A stretch of DNA of 64,000 bases from the human T2T-CHM13v2.0 reference genome, Homo sapiens, in assembly GCF_009914755.1 (NCBI RefSeq), contig NC_060928.1, one strand, 5' to 3'. A program made the translations under genes and the position numbers. The notes under the pieces are model-generated. The model was given only the letters and a program-made list of their open reading frames with translations. It had not been told where the DNA came from and made no database searches. Shown in pieces: positions 41,740 to 52,771 of the stretch (position 1 is its first letter; the number at the start of each line of letters is the position of its first letter).

Positions 41740-42120
41740 AATTAATTTAATAAACAGTTTCTGAGAATCTACTCTATATTAGATGCTGTGATAGGCATTA
41801 ATGATAGTGGAAGCAGAAAGACAATATTCCTCCCTTCAAAGAGCTCTGTCTAATCAGAGAGACAGCCAAGTAAATACACATTTTTAATTTAAATGTGCTA
41901 TGAGCTTTAACACAATTATGTAGAAAGCTCTGTGGGGGCAACGAGGTTGCACATCTAATATTGTAGGTGACACTTTACATGAACTACTCAGTGGTTGCAA
42001 GATGTACACTAAATCCAGAAGGAAGAGTAAGAATTTCCTACAAGATGAGAGGCTAAAAGGAAGTAAAAGGGAATTAATTTCAGAAATGACATCATATGCT
42101 AGATGACAAACTAGAAAACC
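41740..42120 (-). mobile_element. L2 fragment
   Basis: AATAAACAGTTTCTGAGAATCTACTC...CCTCCCTTCAAAGAGCTCTGTCTAATC. Confidence 0.6.
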
Positions 42121-42189
42121 AAAGGCTGTTATTTATGTATCTTCACATTATATTTTATCTGTATTACACTGTATGGCATATTATACAAC

Positions 42190-42340
42190 ATAGATTATCT
42201 GTGCCTTAGTTTTTTAAGTGTAAAATTGGTATAATGATAGGTTTTTCTGAAGACTAAATATATTAGTACATATGAAACACTTAGGAAAGTGCTAAGAATA
42301 CAGCAAATTAATATATATTAACTATTATATTAGCTATTAT
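42190..42340 (+). mobile_element. MIR
   Basis: CTGTGCCTTAGTTTTTTAAGTGTAAAATTGG...ACATATGAAACACTTAGG. Confidence 0.7.
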
Positions 42341-42399
42341 TTTCATGTTTATCCGTTCCCACTGATAATGCATAGCAAAAGCACAGGGTGGTTGATCAA

Positions 42400-42880
42400 T
42401 GTATTCACTTATTCAGGAATATTTATTGAGCATGTACTATGTGCCAGATACTGGGGATTCCAAAGTAAAAAGACCATAACCTCCCCTCACAGTGCTTAAA
42501 ATTCCAATACTGAGATGAAAGAAAGTAAATCATCACACAAACAGCGGTGTAAATTTAGAGACTAATAGACATTGAAAGAGCAGGAAAATGCTTGAAGGTG
42601 GGCAGGAGACGCTTCACTTGTTGTCATTGTTGGATTCCTCCTGAGAGACACAGTAACCTAAATGTTAAAATGAAGACAGCCCTATAAAGGCCTGAGGTAG
42701 GAAAAAGTTTGGTATGTCCCAGAAATAGCCAGGAGGCCACTGGGATTGGAAGACAGATAATGAGAGGAAGAGAAATAGTAGATAAGGCTGGAGAGACAGG
42801 CAGGGGCTAGATCACATAGGGCTAGATAGGGGAGGTAAGAAACTTGGATTTCATTTCAAGTGTAATGGAAAGTCCCTTCC
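42400..42880 (-). mobile_element. L2a 3' end
   Basis: ATTTATTGAGCATGTACTATGTGCCAGATACTGGG...AAAGGCCTGAGGTAGGAA...GGAGGCCACTG. Confidence 0.85.
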
Positions 42881-43084
42881 AAATGAATAAGATCTAAGAG
42901 GCACAGTCAGTCAGTCTTTCAAAAACTTCTTCACTTACCTCACCGTGTCATCAAGCCCCCAATATAACTTGCCTGAACTGTTGGTTTCTTCATATTTTTC
43001 CATTCCCCTTCAAAGGGCAAAGCCATCGTGTTACCAGGAAACCATGGAGGAAATGTCCCAGGTGCCCCATTAAGCTTCACAGTT

Positions 43085-43430
43085 AAAAAAGTGAAAAAGA
43101 CAATTCTTGATCTCAAGAAGCTCATGGCCCAGAGGGATAAATAGACACATAGGAGACATGAAGCCATGGAGTCGTGAGTGTGGCGATTGAGACAAGCATA
43201 GAGAGAGTGCTGGGGGAGCCTAAGGGAGCTCCACGTTACTCAGGGCGCTGGCCTAGGCCTTCTGAAGAAAGTGGTGAGTATGAGTTAGTAGGCAAAGACA
43301 ACTGCATGGGAGAAAGTGGCAAGGTGCAGGTTTTCCAGGCAAGGTGAGCAATCCTGAGGGAGAGTCCGGAAGCCAGAAAGCACAGTGCTTTCTTGAGAAG
43401 GAAGGGAATTCAGCATGACTTGAATTGGAG
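43085..43430 (-). mobile_element. L2 fragment
   Basis: CTTGATCTCAAGAAGCTCATGG...TTCTGAAGAAAGTGGTG...TTCCAGGCAAGG. Confidence 0.6.
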
Positions 43431-43569
43431 CCCAGTGCCTTAATTTAATTCAAATTTTGGTGCTGCTTCTACTCCTTCACATTTTTCTTAACCTTCCTTT
43501 CTTCTGGATCCATACTGCTTTGTTTGGCCATTACTGACATGGTTATCAATCTAATCTTTAATAACAATG

Positions 43570-43755
43570 ATTTTTGGCAAGATACTGACTCTGAATATTG
43601 ATCTGCTCACATGTAAAATGGGTTACAAATTCGTATATCACGGTGAGGTTGTGAAAATTAAATCCACATCTCACAGTGTGGGTTAATAAGTAATCCACAC
43701 CTCATGGGGATGGACACTAGCAGAGCAGCTGGCATACAGAAAGGGATCAATGCAG
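43570..43755 (+). mobile_element. MIR
   Basis: CTCACATGTAAAATGGG...GGTTGTGAAAATTAAAT...CTGGCATACAG. Confidence 0.65.
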
Positions 43756-46700
43756 ATTCATCTAGTTCGATTCCTCAGTTGTTTTTAAGAGAATGCTCAA
43801 ATTCCACAAACCTCTAATACTTTCTATTATAGTACTTACTAAAGATCTTCTCATTCTTTCTAAATTTTCCTCAAGCTCTCTGTACTGTTTTACTACTCTT
43901 GTCCACATTTGTCTATCCTTCCTTTATCAAAATGGATTCACTGGCTATTTTTTGAAAGCACTCATCTCTTGCTTTGAAACCTTCTCTCAGGCTTACAAGT
44001 CTTCTTTACAATACTTGCAAAGCATTTACTTCTTCATTATCCTATACAGCTAGTCTTCTATCATGTAGGATAGGAAGAGAAATTGTGACTTCTTTCAGAA
44101 TATAGCTTTTGAAAATATTTCACTTAATAAAATAACTGTGATAAACCTTTCTTTTTCTAAAAAAAAGACTGAGATAGGTTTAGAATTTTTCTATTTTTCT
44201 CCATTATCTTAGCATTTTTGATGATTCAAATGAATGCCGCTAGAGATTTTTTCCTATCCCCATTTTTTTTGCATCAGATCTTTGAGGAAATGAAAAATAG
44301 AATGGGGATAAACTTCGGTCCAAGTTTACTGAACAAATACCTATGACATGACTGTTATGTTCACACCCTCTATGAATCTTTGTGGTTGAAGGCTTAGTGT
44401 CGAATTTCCCAGTGTTCTGGAAAGCTTAGGCAGATGAGGTACAAGTTGTATGCCAGGACCGTCAGAGAATCTATTTATTTGGACACTGGCTAAGATAGGC
44501 TAGCTGGCATCTATATCATAGATGAAAACCAAGGTATCACTAAATTTAATAACACACCCCAAGCAAGTTCTTGTATGCTCATGATCTCATTTTGCCAGCT
44601 GTTTCCTTCTATCCCATTTGGCACCAAGATTTTTAAAGACACATTTTGTTCCAGACCTTAAGGGATAACTGCTGGCAGTAAATTTTTCATATATAAAATT
44701 CTTTTGTCCACTAAAATAGTTGCTCCTTGTTCAGCTTTCTTACTGCCAGTGTGAATGGAAGATATTTGACTCTGGATATAAAGGGCATGTAGTCTTTTCC
44801 TCTACTTCACTATCAGAAGGTGAGCCCATGATATACAAGAGAGGAAAACTAAAATTCCACACAAGGTACTAGTGAGTCACATTGAGCAGCAGCACACATT
44901 CTATCTTACCCCTCCTTTGGTTCTTTGGGATCTAAAGCGTCATTTTTTTCACCTCATTTTAGGGAGCTGGTTTGGATTAAAGTCACATACAAACTGAGCC
45001 ATCTCCAACATCTACATCAGGAAGTAACTCTAACTCAAGATAGAGGTCACTGGAGGGGCAACAGGTTTGTATTGCTTATTCTGGCTTCTCTTTTCGTGTA
45101 CTGGAGATCATTTGGAAGAGCTACCAGTGACTGACCCTTTATAAGCATTATATTTTGAAATAAAAGCGATTGCTTGCTCATTAGCACTTCCCTTGATGAA
45201 GTATACAAGTGTCAGGTAAAACAAACTGAATCCTGCTCATGATGGATTGGAATGGACATTCCATTGGGAGATATCTGAGCCAAAACCACAAGGCTTTGGC
45301 TCCTAGTTGCTCATGAAGCTTCTAATTGACTTTCATACCACTTGCCAATTATTGCTCTTAAGAACAGTCCTTGAAGTAGAACTTTGATGGGCTTGTGCAT
45401 TTCTAATGCTGAAATTCATTTGATCTGTAGTGTCTCATGGATTTTACCCACCAAATTCATTTAGAAGCATTATGTGCTATTTAATGGGAGATTATATTTG
45501 AAGAGTTAATATAATATGAAAATCTAAATAATTCACCATCTGTAAAAATGATCACTTAACTACACCTTTTGAAAGGCATTAGAATACAATATTTACAAAA
45601 GTATATTTTTCAGATTTAGGATGTTTTTGTGTATTAAGTAAATTGTAAAAAAATCTATTGATAGTTACACTGATTTTAAGATTACTCATTGTAAAGCTTT
45701 AAAGTATGAAGTATATTTAAGTATCAAAAGTCTTATTAAAATTATCTTCATTTCTTGCATGGAAATATGTTCAATTCTCCGTATTTTAAAAGGAAAAAAA
45801 TAGACAAATGGGCATATTGGTCAAAAAATTAGAAATAAATACTCATTTTTAATGTATTCGAATTTGTGAAAGGTTTATTCCACTGACCATATCTTCCTGA
45901 AATTTTAGAGAAATGAATTCAAAAGGTTTTCTATGCATGTTTGTGGCTTCGTAAGTAGGAATGCTATCCAGCAGACATTTATTTAAAAAGCTATCTATAA
46001 TTATGAGAGCAATCTGACTCATTTCTTCTGCTGGCAGACTGAATCAGAGACTACTTTTGGACTAACGTCAAGCAGTTATATAGAATATTTTGTAAAAGTC
46101 AGATAAGTAGTAATGTTCTGCATTTTTCATCCCATTTATATATAAATAAAACATGATTATATAAATTGCTGAAATAAAGATTGTAGCTATTTCTTTACTC
46201 AAAGTACTCTGGATATGTTTGTGAATAAAGAACAAAGGAACATTAATCATAGACTATGAGAAAATATGTTTCAATTGTCTTTATCTATATTCATTCACTG
46301 ACTGAATACATTTTTCACACTGGAGAAATGCACAGATGATTAAGCCCAGGGCTTAAATACATATAGGGCATTCTAGAAAAATTCACCAATGTTAAAGCTA
46401 TGGTCCTTAATTTCAAGTTGCTTTAGAAACTAATTTAATGTGTTATTTTCTTAGAAATTTATATCTTTATTATAGAAATTTTAAATAATACATGTAGACT
46501 AAAGAGGAAAACATTATCAATCCCCTTCATCACTCATGTTATGCAGATTTTCAGTCTTTCAGATGTAGGCATCTATCTTTAAAATGTCTTTGTTATAGCT
46601 TAAGGATTACTTCCCGGAGAGACCTTAATTATCTAATTAGGTTTGGCCTATTAGAATAGAAATCTCATTATGCATTACATTCTGTAAGTTTTTGGTGTAC

Positions 46701-47113
46701 TTTTAAATTTTTCTCTCTCACACCATAAAGAAAAACTCCACGAGCTGGGACTGTATGTTTTCTATTTATTATTTTATTCTCAGTATCTTGTATAGCAGTT
46801 CACATAAATGTATGTCCAATTATTTCTTCCACAAAGAATTATCAAGTGTTTTTAATTGGCATAAAAAAGAAAGGAAACAAAAACAAACGAAAATACCAGA
46901 AAACCCTCAGGTTAATAGTTGATATACTGCATTACAATTCTAGAATCATACCTTTTTATACTGTTGAATATTTTCACATATAAACATGATCTGTCTTTTT
47001 ATAAACATGGTCTTTCTATTTACTCAATGCATTTTTCATCCCTCCATAAAGTTAATTTTCTTCATCTAAGTCCTACACATTTCTACTTACGTATTTCGTC
47101 TCTTGTTGCTACT

Positions 47114-47669
47114 TGCTATGGTCTGAATGCTTGTGTCCCTCCAAAATTCATGTTGAAATCTAATCTCCAATGTTGGTATTAAGAGGTGGGGGGGTCTTTG
47201 GGAGGGTACTAGGTCATGAGGGCAGAACCTTCATGAATGGGATTAGTGTTCTTACAAAAGAGGACTGAGGGAGCTTGTTTTTCTCTTCTGATATGTGAGA
47301 AAACATGGTGTAACTTTTCCTCTAGGACTTTATGTTTTTAATTATTCTTTTCCTTGAAGTACTTTTGACACCTTAGACAGAAAAATGAACTAAGACTGCT
47401 GGCCATGATGGCTCACAACATACCTGAATCCCGGCACTTTCGGAGGCCGAGGTGGGTGGATCACTTGAGCCCAGGAGTTTGAGACCAGCCTGGGTAACAC
47501 AGGAAAACCCTGTCACTACAAAAAAGACGTATTGTCATCAGACAATACATCTGCTGACACCTTGATCTTGGACTTCCCAGCCACCAGAACTGCGAGCAAT
47601 AGATTGCTGTTGTTTATATATTACTCAGTCTAAGGCATGTTGTTATACAAGCTCGATTGAACTAAGGCA
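47114..47669 (+). mobile_element. MSTC/MLT1A-like MaLR solo LTR carrying a ~220-bp templated insert
   Basis: TGCTATGGTCTGAATG start, ACTAAGGCA end. Perfect 5-bp TSD CTACT at 47109-47113 and 47670-47674. Confidence 0.9.
47398..47525 (+). mobile_element. Alu left arm only (AluJ-like), part of the templated copy
   Basis: GGATCACTTGAGCCCAGGAGTTTGAGACCAGCCTGGG ending at the middle A tract. Confidence 0.88.
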
Positions 47670-48669
47670 CTACTTTTATCAGGACTATTTGCCATTAAAT
47701 TTTTAGAACAATTTTTAAATAAATTAGCATAAAAAATTCACTTCTATGCAATTTTTTGTTGGTCGCTAATCTCTTTAGTTATTTATGAAAGTTTTTCAAT
47801 GGGTTCTCTTGAGTTTTCCTGGCAGCACATAATATAATACGCACATGATGATACTTTTTATCACCTTCTTTCAAATATTTATGTGACCTTTATTTTTCCT
47901 GATTCTGCATTGGCCAGCATATTGTGAGTAATTTAAGGTAAGAGTGAGTATAGTGATGGTCCTTGTCTTTTTCATACTTCAATGGCATCATTCCTTGGAT
48001 TCTATTTTTAAGAAAAATAGTTCTGCTGCTTTGAGACAGATTTTAAAAATCATGTTCAGAAATTTTTAAAATTTGTTTACTAATAGTTTTTATGAGAAAA
48101 TATTACATTTTCTCAGTGGCTTATTCTGTGAAATCTGTGAAGATGATCTTCTAGAGTTTTTTCTTTTGATTTTGTTACTATTTTCAAAATTAGGTTAGTG
48201 TATTGAATTATCTTTTTATTCCTCGAATACATTCTCCTCTTTTGCTATTATGATTAAAAATATTTTATTACTTTCTATTGGCTGACATTATGTTTGTGTT
48301 TTTTGTATCTATTTTCTTAGGGCAAACTGTCATAGAGTTCCCTCAGTGAGGGTTGTTATAAGCATTTTGCTGGATTCGAGTAACATGAGGCAGTACATAA
48401 CTTGTCTGAGAAGCTTAAAGCTCTTGTTTCCTTCATTGTCATTTAGTTCACTCTCTGCCCACGTGTTATACACTTACGTTTCTTCTAATTTCAGCTCCTA
48501 AATACTTAATACCTCTTTAAAAATTCTCCTTGCTGCCTTTTGATCTTAATTGACTAGAAAACAACTTTCATATTTAGTTTAGTCTAAATCAGATTTATAG
48601 AAACTTCATCAAAAAGCAATAAACCCATATTAACAAAATAAAAAATACAAGAAGGTTCTAAAAACATTG

Positions 48670-48920
48670 AAAAATACTGTCTGAAAGTGGTGAGTATAAT
48701 CAAAATTGGATTAATGTCTTTATGCTGCCATTTATTAGCCTTGAGACATTGGGAAAATTATTTAACCTATTACCTCAGTTTGCATATTTGCAAAATGTTA
48801 CTTAACAGTGCCTAGTTATAGTTGTGCTGTGAGGTTTAAATGAGATAAGGAATATAAAGCGTGTAGCAAAGTGCTTGGTACATGGGAACCACTCTGGAGA
48901 AGTTAACTCATATTACTATA
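48670..48920 (+). mobile_element. MIR
   Basis: TTATTTAACCT...CCTCAGTTTGCATATTTGCAAAATG...GTGAGGTTTAAATGAGATAA. Confidence 0.8.
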
Positions 48921-49806
48921 CCTGGACTAAATATATTTGCTGGTTTGTTTTTTAATTACTGTATCAATAAGAAGAAAAACAGAACTGGTATAGAAAAAAA
49001 TAAACTATGTAATTCAATGTTATAAAGCCAACTAATTAAGAATAAATTGTGGCAGATAATAGAATTATATATAGAACATAAGCTCCAAGATAAAGATTCA
49101 AATTATTTACAGATAATTACATTTAAATAATCAATGTCAAATTTTCCACTTATATGTGTTGTGTGTATATTATTGTACTCTGAAATATAAATTTGGCATT
49201 TCTGACAAGATTTTGTTGTTCTTAACTTTTTAAGGCTGAAGGCATTTTAATATCGCTATTTTTAATTTTTTAACTTAAAGATTTTCATAAAAATTGGTTA
49301 CTATAAAGTTGTATTAGCTAATTTACAATGTATTGTATTATTGACACAAATTTTTAGACTTTGCTGTTAAATTATGAGTGTATTGCCATCTAGCCAGGCT
49401 AACATTTTATAATTTTCTCTAAAATTATAATGACAGCCAGTAACATGGTTATGTTCATTCTTAATAAATTAATGATGCTGAAGAGTCAAGATTGAGAGTG
49501 CAACCAAAAACCAATAAGTTTTATATTAATAAATGACACACAGGGTCTTAGAAAAAGAGGTATCATAACTTTCATTTGGAAAAATAGATTTAAAAACATA
49601 TTTACTAAAATCTTGCTTTACTGGGGGTGAAAAGAATCAGAGATTTCCAAAAGTAAAATCAGTATTTATATACCCACATGCTTACAATAATCTAGATCAA
49701 TATATTTCTATCTTTAATGTGTAACGTTTCCCCCAGGACTTTATATTTTTTTTATTATTTTGCTTGAAGTGTTTTTATGGCTTAAATAGAAAAATGAGCT
49801 AAGACT

Positions 49807-50121
49807 GTTGGGTGCAGTGGCTTTCACCTATAATCCTAACATTTTGGGAGGCCAAGGCAGGTGAATCACTTGAGCCCAGGAGATCAAGACCAGCCTGGGC
49901 AACATGCGAAACCCTGTATCTACAAAAAATTTAAAAAATTAGCTGGGTGTAGTGACCCATGCCTGTAGTCTCAGGTACTTGAGAGGCTGAAGTGGGAGGA
50001 TCACCTGAGCCTGGGGAAGTTGAGACTGTAGTGAGCCATGACTGCGCCACTGCATTCCAGCCTGGTGACAGGCGTGAAGAGTGAGAGCTGTCTCCAAAGA
50101 AAAGAAAAGAAAAGAACTAAA
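49807..50121 (+). mobile_element. AluJ
   Basis: J diagnostics GGAGGATCACCTGAGCCTGGG and GACTGTAGTGAGCCATGA. TSD GAAAAATGAGCTAAGACT (49789-49806) / GAAAAAGGAACCAAGACT (50122-50139). Confidence 0.92.
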
Positions 50122-51569
50122 GAAAAAGGAACCAAGACTTTAAAAAGATACACATAGATGTTTTCAAACTGTGGGTTTACTAAGATGAAAGACTGCTTAA
50201 ACCTTTTCTAAGAACAATTTGGTTATTTGTTCATTTCCTAATTGCATATATTTGCCCAAATAAGACCCAAGAAACGCCCTGTGCCACTACCGCTCCATCT
50301 ATAACAACGCTTCTTGTCAATTAAATGACTTTTTCCAAACTGATGTTTGCTTATTCTTTCCTTTATTTATTGTCATTTAATACTTTTAAGGCTTGAGAAT
50401 TTAGATTTTTTTCTGTCTACTTTTCATTTTTGAAGGTTTTGAGTTGAGACTTCACAGAAAACTGAATACAAAGGCACTTCTATTACTTCCTGATCAAAGC
50501 ATCATCTGAAAATTAGCTACAATTAAATTTCAAATACAAATACAGAGAAAAGTCAATCTAATATTATCTTTATTATCCAAAAGGAAACTAGAAAGGCCTT
50601 TACAACAGATACAAATAAGACAATTAAAAACTAAGTTCTATACTTCTCTGAACTGCCTGGTAATTGCTCTCTTTTGACAAAGTATCTTTCTTTATTTTGC
50701 CATTTGAGGGGCTCTCTGTTATTTTTTCCTTATTAGTTGTTCTTCCTTCTAGCTTACATGGCTTACATTCCTAGGCTGTGTCCCCTCAGCCCTTTCACAG
50801 GGTCTTTCTGTACCCCCAAGTAATTAGCATAGATAATTTGCAAATAATGACATGGAAAATAGACACAAAATGTAAAGATTTTATGTGATGATTTATTTTA
50901 TGACACGATCCCATCCAGCCGCACATATTACCTGCACAACTTATTCCCATATGTAATGCACTGTATTTTTCCCCAGTTTCATTGCTTTAGGAGAGATTAA
51001 CCAGACTGTGTTAACAAAGAACATTTCCATGTAGGATGCACCTGTACAAACGTGTGCAAATATTTCCTCATTCCACAGTTCATTGGTGTTCTGATTCGTT
51101 TAGGTGCTAAAGTTTTAATTCACATAAAATTCCTAAGTAAGCAGTTCTAAAATTTTGATTTTGACTTGTCTTAAAATATTTCTAAGTAAGCAGTTCCAAA
51201 ATTTTGAAATTTTGATTTTTTAAAAATTTTTTTGGCCCAACTTAACTGAAAAAGAGAAGGAAGAATAGTAAATCCTCCTGAATCTATCAGCAATGGAGAG
51301 GACAGTAGGGTCTAATTTTCATTTATGCTGTCTGTCAGGTTGATGGATTAGCTTTTATTATACATGGGTTATGTGCCAAACAATGTCTTTTGATTTGGAT
51401 TCAAGGAAAACAGCAGGAATCTTGAATGATGAGAGTTCTGAAAGAGTTGTTATTTCTGGTCCTTTGATAGAAGTAAAGAGAGACTCATAGCTAAAGTAAC
51501 ACCAAAGTCTCAAAATCAACTTCACATGTAGTTTACTCATTGGGTGAGACACAATATGAAGAGTCAAAG

Positions 51570-52187
51570 CTAGTCATGATTCAGTGGAGTTTGACAAAAT
51601 TTCTCTGTGTCCACTTAGCTAAAAGCCTTCTTTCTCTGTTCCCAGGTGCTGAGATGTCTATGCAGGCAAGTCTGAGGTTAGCCTCCCAGAGTTTCGGGGA
51701 AAAGCACACAGGCATTCCTGAACACTCTGAGAGGTGCAGAAAAGTGGCTGAGCAGACAGACACAAGGTCTGGCATGGAGGCAGAGGATCACAGCGGAGCA
51801 TGGACCTAACAGCTGGATGCCGTGTGGTGATATCACTATCAGCAGAAGATGCAACAAGACCGGGGCCACTGCTCAAGGCCAGAGAAACAGGTTTGTAGGG
51901 GCCAGTGGGTCAGCGGTGACCATAGAAGACAGTCTTCTCTACTTTGATAGCAAAACAATGCGTAAGGCACCTGAGGAACTCAGATTACAACCAGGGAGAA
52001 GAAAATCAGAGGTACAAGGTGGGATGCATCCTGAATTGGTAGAGGAGATACCCCAGAGTGTTCTACCAGAGTTGACAGAATTACCTTGAATAAATAAGAA
52101 GAAGGTATTTTATTACCAACAGTCTCATGGGCTAAGTTTAAGTACAGAGGAATAAAGTTATATCTTTACACACTTGGGTGTGTGACA
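51570..52187 (+). mobile_element. Possible ancient LTR (family unresolved)
   Basis: GC-richer purine-biased island with two AATAAA (52089, 52151) ending in ...TGTGACA. No clear TSD or 5' boundary. Confidence 0.3.
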
Positions 52188-52686
52188 ATGTAAAATGTCA
52201 ACATTATACTTCCCAATGGACTATGCCATGCAGAAGGCAGAAAGAAGTCAAAAGCCTGTTCTTTTTTTTCCCATTCCATAGTAAATAGCAGAAATTATTC
52301 CCTTTGTTAATCTAAGCATACACCAGTCTGTAGGTTCATAATGAGAAATAACTTTTTGTTCTTTGATTTTTTTAAACAAAATATAGAATTTATAAGACAA
52401 ACCCTTTTTGGTTTGTGTTTTATTCCACCTTCTTTTAGCTAGATTTGAATGAAAGCAAAATAAAGCTATGTATTGAATAAATATGTTAACTCCACAGTAT
52501 TTTTGAATATATATTTTTCATGGTATAGTTCCAACTTTCATTGGTGATATTGATATGAAAGTCAGATTTACTGAGAGGTAATGTTCAGCCTTGGAAGCAT
52601 CACCAAAATGTGTATATAAGGCCTTTGTCCACTAATGAGTGTCCTTTTATGTGACTGGTTTTGTAAAGCCTTACACTGTGAATGGA

Positions 52687-52771
52687 CCGTCAATCAACTC
52701 GCAGCTGCACTGAGGCCTTCGGATGGCTGTATCCATGGCAACGTGCCAAAAATGGCGGCGCAAATTAATCC
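52687..52771. promoter_or_regulatory. Candidate cis-regulatory module: PBX-like, E-box, RFX X-box, YY1, TAATCC
   Basis: CCGTCAATCA 52687-52696; CAGCTG 52702-52707; GTATCCATGGCAAC 52729-52742; AAAATGGCGGC 52749-52759; TAATCC 52766-52771. Local CpG retention. Confidence 0.55.

Larger units (their letters stand above)
46950..48310 (-). mobile_element. Old L1M ORF2 fragment (host of the LTR)
   Basis: GGTTCTCTTGAGTTTTCC...GATTCTGCATTGGCCAG...GGTCCTTGTCTTTTTC. Confidence 0.65.

Noticed and set aside
52745-52760. CTCF site
   Set aside because: Spacing between CCA and ATGGC does not fit CTCF; YY1 fits much better.
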